56,725 nt of DNA from the IMG/VR virus record IMGVR_UViG_3300043570_003132, positions 62,001 through 118,725 of that record, one strand, 5' to 3'. The notes beneath the pieces were generated by a model. It saw only the letters and a list, made by a program, of their open reading frames with translations. It ran no database searches and was not told the DNA's origin. How positions within the stretch are numbered: position 1 is the stretch's first letter; each line of letters begins with the position of its first letter. Positions 8,839-19,559 of this stretch are shown here, one piece after another. Source of the DNA: an uncultured virus (IMG/VR IMGVR_UViG_3300043570_003132). Lineage: Duplodnaviria > Heunggongvirae > Uroviricota > Caudoviricetes. The translations under genes were made by a program, and so were the position numbers.

Positions 8839-11800
8839 TTAGAACGTTCCACCGTCTATTGTATTTGTGAATGTTAAACTACCATCTGAGGTTTTATAAC
8901 CTAATATTGTAGTCACCACATCACTTGTATCTGTTGTCGGTACTTCACCAAATATGTCGTTAGCATTTTTAAATGTAACATTTGATCTTGTACTACTTAT
9001 CAAGTCATTACCGTTAGTTGATACTTTTAATGTACCTGCTACCACTGTGTTTCCTGATACCGATTCAACTGTGAATTTATCTGTATTGAATTGTAATGTT
9101 GTTCCACTATATTTCAATAAACTATCACCGATTGTGTTGTCAGAAGATGCAATTGGGAATGTTCCACTTGTTAAACTTGTTTCACTTCCTAATGTTCCTG
9201 CGGTCGTTCCAATTACTTTACTTGAATTGTTAGAACCATCAACTGTTAACCAATCATTATTTACTGAGTCCCATAGTAAAGAACCTGATTGTCCTATTGA
9301 ACCTGAATCATATCCACTAATACCTGCGTATCTTTGGAATGGTGAGTAAGCATTTACTAAGATAATATTATCACCTAATTCAACTGTATTTGATTGAATA
9401 CTTACGTTTGTTGATGAACCTAATACTTGTAAGTTTCCTGATACAAATAAATTACCACCTAACATTGTTGCTGAACCTGAACTTACTGTTAATGAACCTG
9501 TAATTGATGTGTTAGCATTTACTTGTAGACCTGCTGCAGTTACCGATGCTGTTACCGCACCACTTGCAATCTTATCTAATTGTAATCCTGTTACACCACT
9601 TGCTGGTATATTATAAAGTCCCGCACCATCACCAATGAACGAACCTGTGAATACAGAAGAAGTTACTGGTTGGTTAAATTTAACACTTAAGTTTGTTTCC
9701 CAAACTGATCCTGTTAAAGCGAATATACTGTCTCCTGAAGATCCTGATGTTCCTGATGAACCTGAAGAACCTGAAGAACCTGCTGATCCTGATGAACCAC
9801 TAGATCCTGAAGTTCCTGCTGTTCCTGAACTACCTGATGTACCGCTTGAACCACTTGTACCTGATGAACCATTACTACCTGAAGAACCTGATGTTCCCGC
9901 TGTTCCTGAAGAACCGCTAGATCCTGAAGTTCCTGATGAACCTGAAGAACCACTAGTTCCTGATGAACCATTACTACCTGATGTTCCGTCAGATCCTGAA
10001 GATCCTGAAGTTCCTGATGAACCACTAGATCCTGAAGATCCTGAAGAACCACTAGATCCTGAAGTTCCTGCAGTTCCTGATGTACCACTAGATCCTGATG
10101 AACCTGAAGTTCCTGAAGATCCTGATGAACCTGAAGAACCGCTAGAACCACTTGTTCCTGCTGTTCCTGAAGAACCGCTAGATCCTGAAGTTCCTGATGA
10201 ACCTGAAGATCCACTTGTTCCTGATGAACCATTACTACCTGATGTTCCGTCAGATCCTGAAGATCCTGAAGTTCCTGATGAACCTGCTGTACCTGAAGAA
10301 CCGCTAGATCCTGATGAACCATTACTACCTGATGTTCCTGATGTACCTGAAGAACCATTACTACCACTTGTTCCTGATGTTCCGTCTGATCCTGAAGAAC
10401 CTGATGTACCTGAAGTACCTGCTGTTCCTGAAGAACCTGATGTACCTGCTGAACCTGATGAACCTGATGAACCTGATGTACCCGCTGATCCTGAAGATCC
10501 TGAAGTTCCACCTGATCCACTTGTTCCTGATGAACCATTACCACCAATAGTAGCAATTACTGTACCTGTTTGTGCTTCATTAAAGTATACTTTTAAGTTA
10601 TTACTATCAATAACTTCAATTTCTGTTGGTATAACAACTTTATCTGAACCGTCAAACACATTAATTGCAGGATATTTGTATCCTAAATTGTGGTTGAATG
10701 ACCATGTTGTCGATGCTGAACCAATTACTAACGTTTTAGTTTGACCTGAAACAATAACCGCGTTTTCAGCGTATATTGCGTAAGACGATGTTCCTGCGAA
10801 TTGAGAATTAGAACCTGAAACATATGTGTTGAACGCTGTTTCATCTAATTTACCCGTTCCAACTGTTACACCGTTCAACATTAATGAACCTGTGATGTTA
10901 ACGGAACCTGTGAATGAATGTACATCGTCTTGTGTGTCACCAAATTTGGTTGAACCTGATTGATAAAGAACTGAAGATGATACTAATGTAATGTTTAATT
11001 CTTTCGCTGTAAGTGTACCATCAATAAATGTATCTCCATTTACTCTGAATGTTCCGTCAGATGCGATAGATGCACTTACTGAACCACTTACAATTTTATT
11101 TAATTCTAATCCTGTTACACCCGAAGCTGGAATGTTATATAAACCTGCACCGTTTCCAACAAATGAAGACGATACCACTGAAGCGGTTACCGCTCCAACA
11201 ACTCTTACTGGATTTGTTGTTGACCATATTGAACCTGTTAATGCAAATAAACTATCTCCTGAAGTACCATCACTACCTGAAGAACCACTTGTTCCTGAAG
11301 AACCACTAGATCCTGAAGTACCTGCCGTTCCTGATGAACCACTAGATCCTGAAGTTCCTGAAGATCCTGAAGTACCACTAGATCCGTTAGATCCTGATGA
11401 ACCACTTGTTCCTGCAGTTCCCGATGTACCCGCCGATCCTGATGATCCTGATGAACCATCACTACCACTAGATCCTGATGTACCTGCTGTTCCTGAAGAT
11501 CCTGAAGATCCTGAAGTACCACTAGATCCGTTAGAACCTGAAGAACCACTTGTTCCTGCTGTTCCTGATGAACCACTAGATCCTGATGTTCCTGATGAAC
11601 CACTAGATCCTGATGTTCCTGTTGATCCTGAAGAACCATCACTACCACTAGATCCTGATGTACCTGCTGTTCCTGAAGATCCTGAAGATCCTGAAGTACC
11701 ACTAGATCCGTTAGACCCACTAGAACCTGATGAACCATCACTACCACTTGTTCCTGATGTACCTGCAGTTCCTGAAGATCCTGAAGATCCTGAAGTTCCT

Positions 11801-12450
11801 GATGAACCGTTAGACCCACTAGAACCTGATGAACCTGAAGTTCCCGCAGTTCCTGAAGAACCACTAGATCCTGATGTACCCGCAGATCCTGATGAACCTG
11901 AAGAACCACTAGATCCTGAAGTACCAGCTGTTCCTGATGAACCACTAGATCCTGATGAACCTGAAGTTCCTGAACTATTTGATGTATATTCAGAACCGTT
12001 TATAAATAAACTTCCTGTAACATTAATTGAACCACTAACGTTAACTTGACTACCAAACGTTGCTGTTGTACCTGTTAAATTAGTAATTGTAACACCACTG
12101 ATAGTATTACCTTCAATGTTACCAACCAAATTCATGGTTGTATTACCAGCAATACCGGTGTCTAATATATATAATTTCTTTTCGGCAGTAGCGTAGAATG
12201 GTACACCATCTAAACCTGAACCATATGTACCAGCAGCAATTGATGGTGCGTTTGCTCCTTGATAAATCTTGGATGCTGCCCTAAATGCTCCTGCAACTCC
12301 TTCATCCGATAATTCCGGAGAACCAATAAATATAAAAGGTCCTTGTAAATTACCAATCGAACCGGTTGCGATGATTAATTCACCGTTTCTTGCCGTTGTG
12401 TTTTTGAGGGTTGATATCGAACCCCTCCTGTGTTTAATGATTTGTGCCAT
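8839..12450 (-). CDS. Tail-fibre-like protein with Gly-X-Y (GSS/GTS) repeats (1203 aa)
   Basis: N-terminal MAQIIKHRRG anchor motif, two long GSSGTS tracts, a WSFNHNLGYKYP module and C-terminal IDGGTF. Confidence 0.8.
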   Translation of the reverse strand: MAQIIKHRRGSISTLKNTTARNGELIIATGSIGNLQGPFIFIGSPELSDEGVAGAFRAASKIYQGANAPSIAAGTYGSGLDGVPFYATAEKKLYILDTGIAGNTTMNLVGNIEGNTISGVTITNLTGTTATFGSQVNVSGSINVTGSLFINGSEYTSNSSGTSGSSGSSGSSGTAGTSGSSGSSGSSGSAGTSGSSGSSGTAGTSGSSGSSGSNGSSGTSGSSGSSGTAGTSGTSGSDGSSGSSGSNGSSGTSGSSGSSGTAGTSGSSGSDGSSGSTGTSGSSGSSGTSGSSGSSGTAGTSGSSGSNGSSGTSGSSGSSGTAGTSGSSGSDGSSGSSGSAGTSGTAGTSGSSGSNGSSGTSGSSGTSGSSGSSGTAGTSGSSGSSGTSGSSGSDGTSGDSLFALTGSIWSTTNPVRVVGAVTASVVSSSFVGNGAGLYNIPASGVTGLELNKIVSGSVSASIASDGTFRVNGDTFIDGTLTAKELNITLVSSSVLYQSGSTKFGDTQDDVHSFTGSVNITGSLMLNGVTVGTGKLDETAFNTYVSGSNSQFAGTSSYAIYAENAVIVSGQTKTLVIGSASTTWSFNHNLGYKYPAINVFDGSDKVVIPTEIEVIDSNNLKVYFNEAQTGTVIATIGGNGSSGTSGSGGTSGSSGSAGTSGSSGSSGSAGTSGSSGTAGTSGTSGSSGSDGTSGTSGSNGSSGTSGTSGSNGSSGSSGSSGTAGSSGTSGSSGSDGTSGSNGSSGTSGSSGSSGTSGSSGSSGTAGTSGSSGSSGSSGSSGTSGSSGSSGTSGTAGTSGSSGSSGSSGSSGSSGTSGSSGSDGTSGSNGSSGTSGSSGSSGTSGSSGSSGTAGTSGSSGSNGSSGTSGSSGTSGSSGTAGTSGSSGSSGSAGSSGSSGSSGTSGSSGDSIFALTGSVWETNLSVKFNQPVTSSVFTGSFIGDGAGLYNIPASGVTGLQLDKIASGAVTASVTAAGLQVNANTSITGSLTVSSGSATMLGGNLFVSGNLQVLGSSTNVSIQSNTVELGDNIILVNAYSPFQRYAGISGYDSGSIGQSGSLLWDSVNNDWLTVDGSNNSSKVIGTTAGTLGSETSLTSGTFPIASSDNTIGDSLLKYSGTTLQFNTDKFTVESVSGNTVVAGTLKVSTNGNDLISSTRSNVTFKNANDIFGEVPTTDTSDVVTTILGYKTSDGSLTFTNTIDGGTF
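10550..10760. repeat. Fibre module (GQTKTL...WSFNHNLGYKYP...TGTVIAT) duplicated at ~13428-13640
   Basis: High DNA identity with mostly synonymous differences between two adjacent fibre genes. Confidence 0.85.
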
Positions 12451-12548
12451 CTACTTTGTGTTTGTTTAGTTTATAAATACTTAATTTTTACCAATCTTCG
12501 AGTTATTTCTATCTATTTGTAATATATTTTTATTATTAATTTGTTTTT

Positions 12549-15500
12549 TTAAAAACCACCTAAATCCAATACAATATTATTTTGTTCTTGTGTTATTACG
12601 TTTTGTCCTCCCATTGATATTGAAGCAGAGATAATTTGTGATTGAATTTGAGCTTGCATCATTGCCATTGCACCTGATATAATAAGTGATTCTCTTAATG
12701 GATCAGTTGATGTTAATGTTGTTGTTCCACGTACTGTTAAATCTCCATCAATAATAACTGAACCTGTTGTACGTAATGAACCTGTAAAATCATGTTTATC
12801 ATCTAATGTATCACCGAACTTTGTTGACCCTGATTGATAAAGTATTGAAGATGTTACATAATCAATACGTAATTCTTTTGCTGTGATTGTACCATCAATT
12901 ACTACATCTGTATTAACTTTTAATTTTCCATCAGCTAATGATGCACTTACACTACCACTAACAATTCTATCTAAGTTAAGTCCTGTAATTCCTGATGATG
13001 GGATATTATATAATCCTGCACCATCACCTGTAAATGAACCGCTAATTGTTCCGTTATTTACAGTTAAATCACCTGTGTTAATTTCTAAATCACTATTTGT
13101 TAAATCAACAAGACCATTGAAAACATGTAAATTAGATCCACTTGTTAAATACAATGATGAACTGTCGGTCATTATTGTATTACTATCGGTAATTCCTAAT
13201 TGAGATGTAATATTTAACGATCCCGTTATTTCTACATCATTTGTTGTCGTCCATGTGCCAGGTGTTGTTTCGGCAAATAAACTATCTCCGCTAGATCCTG
13301 ATGTTCCACTTGTTCCCGATGTTCCACTTGTTCCTGATGTACCTGCAGTTCCTGATGAACCTGAAGTTCCGCTTGTTCCAGCCGAACCCGATGAACCACT
13401 AGTACCTGATGAACCATTACCACCGACAGTAGCAATTACTGTACCTGTTTGAGCCTCGTTAAAATATACTTTTAAGTTATTACTATCAATAACTTCAATC
13501 TCTGTTGGGATTACTACTTTATCACTTGCATCAAATACGTTAATTGCAGGATATTTGTATCCTAAATTGTGATTGAATGACCATGTTGTTGAAGCTGAGG
13601 ATACATTTAATGTTTTAGTTTGACCTGAAACAATAACTGCGTTTTCTGCATATATCGCGTATGATGATGTTCCTGCAAATTGTGATGTATTTGAACCTGT
13701 ATATGTGTTAAACGCCGATTCATCTAATTTACCGGTACCAATTGCTTGTCCGTTTAATGTTATTGAACCTGTTATATTAACTGAACCCGTAAAATTATGT
13801 GTATCGTCTAAAGTATCTCCGAATTTGGTGGAACCTGATGTATATAAAACTGAAGAGGTTACATAATCAATGTGTAATTCTTTCGCGGTCAAAATACCAT
13901 CAACATATAATGATCCTGTAATTGATGTATTGGTGTTAATATGTAAACCATCTAAATCAATAGATGCTGTATTACTACCACTACTAATTAAATTTAATTG
14001 TAAACCTGTAACTCCTGATGCTGGTATGTTAATTAAATTACTACCATCACCATAAATGTAAGCTCCACTTATTATTCCACCGTCAACATATATGTTTGAA
14101 CCACTCGTCATGTATAATGACGAACTATCTGTCATTATAATATTAGCATCAACAACTCCTAATTGGGAAGTTATTGATAATGATCCAGTAATTTCTACGT
14201 CATTTGTTGTTGCCCAAACGCTACCCGTTAGAGCAAATAAACTATCCCCTGAAGTACCATCCGAACCTGAAGAACCCGATGTACCTGAAGTACCACTTGT
14301 ACCTGAAGTTCCGTCTGAACCACTAGTTCCTGAAGTACCACTTGTACCATCAGAACCACTAGATCCTGAAGTACCACTTGTACCATCGCTACCTGAAGAA
14401 CCTGATGTACCCGCACTACCACTTGTACCTGACGTACCATCACTACCTGAAGTACCCGCAGTTCCTGAAGAACCATCTGAACCCGATGTACCCGCAGTTC
14501 CTGAAGAACCACTAGTTCCTGATGAACCGTCTGAACCTGAAGTACCACTAGATCCGTTTGATCCTGATGAACCACTAGTTCCTGATGAACCATCTGTACC
14601 GTCAACACCTGATATACCCGAAGTACCATCACTACCTGAAGAACCGCTAGTACCACTAGATCCGTTCGAACCTGAAGAACCACTAGTTCCTGATGTACCA
14701 TCAGAACCACTAGATCCTGAAGTACCTGAAGATCCTGATGTACCATCACTACCACTAGAACCTGAAGATCCATCTGAACCACTTGAACCTGAAGATCCTG
14801 AAGAACCTGAAGAACCATCCGATCCACTAGATCCTGAAGAACCTGAAGATCCTGATGTACCATCACTACCACTAGATCCTGATGAACCTGATGTACCATC
14901 ACTACCACTTGTTCCGGATGTCATTGCTGAGAAAGAAACTCCGTCTATTGAAAGACTACCACTTACAATATTAACTGATCCTGATATAAAAACCGAACCC
15001 GTAAACTCGTGTGTGTCGTCCGATGTATTACCAAATTTATTTGAACCTGATGTGTAAAGAACTGATGACGTTACATAATTAATATTTAATTGTTTTGCGG
15101 TTAATATACCATCAATATACGTGTCTCCATTAACCCTGAATGTTCCATCGGATTGAATAGACGCACTTACCGAACCACTTACTATTTGATTTAGTGCTAA
15201 ATTTGTTACACCACTTGCCGGTATATTATATAATCCCGCACCATCACCAAAGAAAGCTGCAGTAACAAAACCACCATTTTCAACAATGATATTACTACCA
15301 CTTGTTAATATAAGTGATGAACTGTCAGTTAAAAATAAACTTGAATCAAATACACCTGAACCGTTGGATACTATTAATGAACCCGTAATAGATGTGTTGG
15401 TGTTAATATTAAATCCATCTAAACTAACCGAAGCCGTATTACTACCACTTGTAATTTTATTTAATTCTAATCCTGTTACACCTGAAGCTGGAATATTATA

Positions 15501-17777
15501 TAATCCCGCACCATCACCAAAGAAGGCGGCAGTAATGTAACCACCATTTTCTATAATGATATTACTACCACTATTTAAAACCATTGAACTACTATCAGTC
15601 AAATACAAGAAAGAATTAACCGCATTAGTACCTTGACTAACAGTTAATGAACCTGTAATAGATGTATCAGTATTAATATTAAATCCATCTAAATTAATTG
15701 AAGCAGTATTACTACCACTTGTGATTTGATTTAACTGTAAACCTGTTACTCCTGATGCTGGAATATTAATTAAGTTTGAACCGTCTCCGTAGATATAGGC
15801 TCCACTTATTATTCCTCCATCTACATATATGTTTGAACCACTAGTAAGATAAAGCGATGAACTATCCGTCATTATGATATTACTATCTGTAATACCTAAT
15901 TGAGAAGTTATACTTAAACTACCTGTAATTTCAATATCATTTGTTGTTGCCCATACTGAACCAGTAAGTGCAAATAAACTATCCCCTGAAGAACCATCTG
16001 ATCCACTTGAACCTGAAGATCCTGATGTACCATCACTACCACTAGAACCTGAAGAACCATCCGATCCACTAGAACCTGAAGATCCTGAAGAACCTGAAGA
16101 ACCATCTGAACCAGAAGAACCTGATGTACCATCACTACCACTAGAACCTGAAGAACCATCTGATCCACTTGAACCTGAAGATCCTGATGTACCATCACTA
16201 CCACTTGAACCTGAAGAACCATCTGTTCCGTCAATTCCTGATATTCCTGAAGAACCTGAAGAACCATCTGAACCACTTGTACCGCTAGATCCGTTAGAAC
16301 CTGATGTACCATCTGAACCACTTGTTCCTGAACTACCATTACTACCACTTGTACCATCGGAACCTGATGTTCCTGAAGTCATCGCTGAGAATGAAACTCC
16401 GTCTATTATTAAACTACCACTTGAAATATTAACTGAACCACTGATAAACAATGAACCCGTAAACTCGTGCGTATCATCCGATGTATTACCAAATTTATTT
16501 GAACCTGATGTATAAAGAATTGAGGAACTTACATAATCAATATTTAATTGTTTTGCGGTAATAATACCATCAACATTTAACGAACCTGTAATCTGTACGT
16601 CATTTGTTGTTGCCCAAAAAGATCCTGTTTGTGCAAATAAACTATCTCCTGATGTACCATCAGAACCACTTGTACCGCTAGATCCGTTAGAACCTGATGT
16701 ACCATCAGAACCACTTGTACCTGATGTACCATCTGTTCCGTCAACTCCACTTATACCACTAGAACCTGAAGAACCGTCTGATCCGTTAGAACCTGATGTA
16801 CCATCTGAACCACTTGTACCATCAGAACCTGATGTACCATCTGAACCACTAGTTCCACTTGTTCCTGCGGTTCCCGCTGAACCTGAACCTCCACCACTTG
16901 TTTGACCACCAATTAATGAACCTGTGGTATCACTAATCTTAATGTAAATTGGTAGTGGATTTGTTGCCGGTTTTACATTCGTTACATAAGATGTATTTGA
17001 TGCAGTTGCATCGTAATATAATATATCACCAATTGAAAATCCTGTTAATGTTAATCCCCCTTTGATTTCACCAAATGGTTTAACTGCCATGTTTCCATCT
17101 TCAGGTTCATTTACTGACGTAACAATACCAAAAGATTTTTCAACTTGAGTTGCGTTTGTTGTGTCAACTAATTGAAATGTTCCTGTTGAATCTAAATAAA
17201 CTATTTGATTAACACTATAACCTGTATTATAAACTAAATTAGTATCGTTATTGTTGTAATATGTTGTTGTTAAATTTCTATATTGAAATTTTGCATACAT
17301 GTCATTAACAAAATAGTTAATGTCAGGTAAATAAGGTTGTAACAATTGTAATCCACTTAATATTGGATCTCCGTCATCGGATAAATAAAATAATAATCCG
17401 TTATTACCTTCGCTAGGGGTATTAAAACCACTAAATGAAGTGTCGGATAATATATTATATAAACCAACATCTTTTAAAACAACATCAATTTCCGTTGCAC
17501 TTGTTGGTGTTGATGTACTTATAATTTTATAAGATGCGCCGTTACTACTTTGACCAAACCACATTCCTTCATTTACAAAATATGCATCATACATAAATTG
17601 ATTTGGTGTAATTCTATCGTCAGAAGTGAGTGTTGCGGTTACTTGTAATGTACAATTAAATGTATATCCATATCCATGGTAAGTACTTCCAGTATTATTA
17701 TAAAATGTACTAGTAGTAATACTACCAGGTTTTATATTAGCAACTAATGTAATTGGTAATGATTCTAATCTTGCCAT
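12549..17777 (-). CDS. Large tail-fibre/structural protein with Gly-X-Y repeats (1742 aa)
   Basis: Globular N-terminus, four GSSGSD/GTS tracts, repeated LYxSGS(N/T)KFG and IPASGVTGL modules, C-terminal LDLGGF. Confidence 0.8.
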   Translation of the reverse strand: MARLESLPITLVANIKPGSITTSTFYNNTGSTYHGYGYTFNCTLQVTATLTSDDRITPNQFMYDAYFVNEGMWFGQSSNGASYKIISTSTPTSATEIDVVLKDVGLYNILSDTSFSGFNTPSEGNNGLLFYLSDDGDPILSGLQLLQPYLPDINYFVNDMYAKFQYRNLTTTYYNNNDTNLVYNTGYSVNQIVYLDSTGTFQLVDTTNATQVEKSFGIVTSVNEPEDGNMAVKPFGEIKGGLTLTGFSIGDILYYDATASNTSYVTNVKPATNPLPIYIKISDTTGSLIGGQTSGGGSGSAGTAGTSGTSGSDGTSGSDGTSGSDGTSGSNGSDGSSGSSGISGVDGTDGTSGTSGSDGTSGSNGSSGTSGSDGTSGDSLFAQTGSFWATTNDVQITGSLNVDGIITAKQLNIDYVSSSILYTSGSNKFGNTSDDTHEFTGSLFISGSVNISSGSLIIDGVSFSAMTSGTSGSDGTSGSNGSSGTSGSDGTSGSNGSSGTSGSDGSSGSSGISGIDGTDGSSGSSGSDGTSGSSGSSGSDGSSGSSGSDGTSGSSGSDGSSGSSGSSGSSGSDGSSGSSGSDGTSGSSGSSGSDGSSGDSLFALTGSVWATTNDIEITGSLSITSQLGITDSNIIMTDSSSLYLTSGSNIYVDGGIISGAYIYGDGSNLINIPASGVTGLQLNQITSGSNTASINLDGFNINTDTSITGSLTVSQGTNAVNSFLYLTDSSSMVLNSGSNIIIENGGYITAAFFGDGAGLYNIPASGVTGLELNKITSGSNTASVSLDGFNINTNTSITGSLIVSNGSGVFDSSLFLTDSSSLILTSGSNIIVENGGFVTAAFFGDGAGLYNIPASGVTNLALNQIVSGSVSASIQSDGTFRVNGDTYIDGILTAKQLNINYVTSSVLYTSGSNKFGNTSDDTHEFTGSVFISGSVNIVSGSLSIDGVSFSAMTSGTSGSDGTSGSSGSSGSDGTSGSSGSSGSSGSDGSSGSSGSSGSSGSDGSSGSSGSDGTSGSSGTSGSSGSDGTSGTSGSSGSNGSSGTSGSSGSDGTSGISGVDGTDGSSGTSGSSGSNGSSGTSGSDGSSGTSGSSGTAGTSGSDGSSGTAGTSGSDGTSGTSGSAGTSGSSGSDGTSGTSGSSGSDGTSGTSGTSGSDGTSGTSGTSGTSGSSGSDGTSGDSLFALTGSVWATTNDVEITGSLSITSQLGVVDANIIMTDSSSLYMTSGSNIYVDGGIISGAYIYGDGSNLINIPASGVTGLQLNLISSGSNTASIDLDGLHINTNTSITGSLYVDGILTAKELHIDYVTSSVLYTSGSTKFGDTLDDTHNFTGSVNITGSITLNGQAIGTGKLDESAFNTYTGSNTSQFAGTSSYAIYAENAVIVSGQTKTLNVSSASTTWSFNHNLGYKYPAINVFDASDKVVIPTEIEVIDSNNLKVYFNEAQTGTVIATVGGNGSSGTSGSSGSAGTSGTSGSSGTAGTSGTSGTSGTSGTSGSSGDSLFAETTPGTWTTTNDVEITGSLNITSQLGITDSNTIMTDSSSLYLTSGSNLHVFNGLVDLTNSDLEINTGDLTVNNGTISGSFTGDGAGLYNIPSSGITGLNLDRIVSGSVSASLADGKLKVNTDVVIDGTITAKELRIDYVTSSILYQSGSTKFGDTLDDKHDFTGSLRTTGSVIIDGDLTVRGTTTLTSTDPLRESLIISGAMAMMQAQIQSQIISASISMGGQNVITQEQNNIVLDLGGF

Positions 17778-17779
17778 TT

Positions 17780-19480
17780 TTATATATAAATATTATTTGT
17801 AGGTACTTGCCATGTTATGTATTGTACTACCGCACCCGTACCATATATACCAGTAAATCCTGTTCCTAATGCCTTAAATGTCATTAAGGTTTTTGCTGCG
17901 TTTTGTACACAGACTGATTGGCCAGTTGATGTTCCTCCCATATTTCTACTTAAGAAATCTCCACCAATAAGTTGTGAATGTGTCATAAAATTTATTCCCC
18001 ATAGTCCTAATGGATGTGTTACACTTATTTCAGTTGCACTAACTCTTGTAAATGTCCAACCACCAGTACCTGATGTTATAGTATTACCTAGTGGGTCGGT
18101 TGCCGCAGCAAAAGGACTCGCATCTAAACTACCTGCCGAATATGTTAATTTTAAAACATACACACCTCCACCACCCGCCGCCGATGTACCTGAAGAACCT
18201 GATGTACCCGATGTTCCCGTTGCACCACTTGTACCTGATGAACCCGCAGCACCTGAAGTACCACTAGAACCATCAACACCTGATGTTCCCGATGATCCAG
18301 CAATACCTGAAGATCCACTAGATCCTGAAGTTCCCGAAGAACCTGTCGTTCCTGAACTACCATCTGAACCACTTGTTCCTGAGGTACCCGATGAAAAACC
18401 TAAAGGTGATGTACCCGATGAACCTGAAGTTCCCGCACTACCTGATGTACCGTGTGAACCAGTTGCACCCGTTGTACCCGATGTTCCACTTGAACCTGAC
18501 GTTCCTGAAGTACCACTAGTTCCTGAAGTTCCGTCTGAACCTGATGTTCCACCACTTCCCGCAATACCTGATGTTCCACTTGATCCTGAAGAACCTGATG
18601 TACCACTTGTACCATTTGTACCTCCACCACCGCCACCAACTATAGTCACTCTAACATTACCCGCACCAATATCTGTAACGGTTGCACCACTAAATATGAT
18701 TTTATCTACTCCATTAATTAATGTTGATCCGTCACCGACTTTAAGTGTTGATGTTCCTCCTCCTTCTCCTCCACTTATTGAACTATATAAATTAATGGAC
18801 CAACTATTGTGATCACTACCTCCTACATGTTCTAAAATTCTTATTATTAATTGTGTACCTGAATAACTTACAACACGTCCTATTAAATAATTTAATATAT
18901 TACTTGCAGCAATTACAAGTTGACCCGTGGTATAAGATAAATTACTATCAACTGTGAAAGTAAGGTCTTCCCCATCGTGTTCGTCAATATCTGTAATGTA
19001 TGTTGTTGATGATGTTTGATAAACATTTCCTGAAGTGCCTGATGTACCTGAAGTACCTCTTGCTCCCGATGTACCCGAAGAACCACTTGTACCGTGATTA
19101 CCCGCAATACCGCTTGTTCCTGAAGAACCACTAGATCCGTTTGATCCTGACGTTCCACTTATACCTGAAGATCCTGATGTTCCCGAAGTTCCTGAAGAAC
19201 CTGTTAAACCTGAAGAACCACTTGTACCAGATGTACCACTAGTACCTCTTGCACCTGAAGATCCTGAAGATCCTGAAGATCCTGAAGTACCTGACAAACC
19301 TGAAGAACCTGATGTACCTGAAGATCCTGTGGTTAAATCAGTTAAACTTGTTCCTGAAACATATAAATTATCTGCGTAGACCGCATTTAATGGAGTTGTG
19401 GATGAACCGAGATCAATTGTGGTACCTGGTGTGACGTTTTCCGTCTCAATCTGTGTCCAATTTATTCTTTGTAGTGCCAT
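17780..19480 (-). CDS. Collagen-like Gly-X-Y fibre protein (566 aa)
   Basis: Two GSSGTS tracts flanking a beta-rich domain (LSYTTGQLVI...GRVVSYSG), plus a C-terminal globular domain. Confidence 0.75.
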   Translation of the reverse strand: MALQRINWTQIETENVTPGTTIDLGSSTTPLNAVYADNLYVSGTSLTDLTTGSSGTSGSSGLSGTSGSSGSSGSSGARGTSGTSGTSGSSGLTGSSGTSGTSGSSGISGTSGSNGSSGSSGTSGIAGNHGTSGSSGTSGARGTSGTSGTSGNVYQTSSTTYITDIDEHDGEDLTFTVDSNLSYTTGQLVIAASNILNYLIGRVVSYSGTQLIIRILEHVGGSDHNSWSINLYSSISGGEGGGTSTLKVGDGSTLINGVDKIIFSGATVTDIGAGNVRVTIVGGGGGGTNGTSGTSGSSGSSGTSGIAGSGGTSGSDGTSGTSGTSGTSGSSGTSGTTGATGSHGTSGSAGTSGSSGTSPLGFSSGTSGTSGSDGSSGTTGSSGTSGSSGSSGIAGSSGTSGVDGSSGTSGAAGSSGTSGATGTSGTSGSSGTSAAGGGGVYVLKLTYSAGSLDASPFAAATDPLGNTITSGTGGWTFTRVSATEISVTHPLGLWGINFMTHSQLIGGDFLSRNMGGTSTGQSVCVQNAAKTLMTFKALGTGFTGIYGTGAVVQYITWQVPTNNIYI

Positions 19481-19507
19481 GTAAAAGTAAAGTCTTTTAC
19501 ATAAATA
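19478..19507 (-). promoter_or_regulatory. Hairpin sequestering the start codon, overlapped by the TATTTAT motif
   Basis: Perfect 9-bp inverted repeat ATGTAAAAG-(6 nt)-CTTTTACAT, whose 3' arm holds the A and U of the AUG (the G adds a U-G pair). Confidence 0.55.
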
Positions 19508-19529
19508 CTTTTATTCCACTAATAGGCAT

Positions 19530-19559
19530 AAAAAAAAGGGTTTCAAACCCTTTTTTTTT
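19530..19559 (-). terminator. Rho-independent terminator (bidirectional-type)
   Basis: AAAAAAAAGGGTTT-C-AAACCCTTTTTTTT inverted repeat after glutaredoxin. Confidence 0.8.

Noticed and set aside
255..19434. Long plus-strand PEEPLDP-rich and VGTAVG-rich ORFs, and alternative-frame minus-strand QVHQ-rich ORFs
   Set aside because: Shadow frames of the GSS/GTS and Pro-Thr repeats, whose codons lack stops in other frames; no independent starts or non-repetitive domains.
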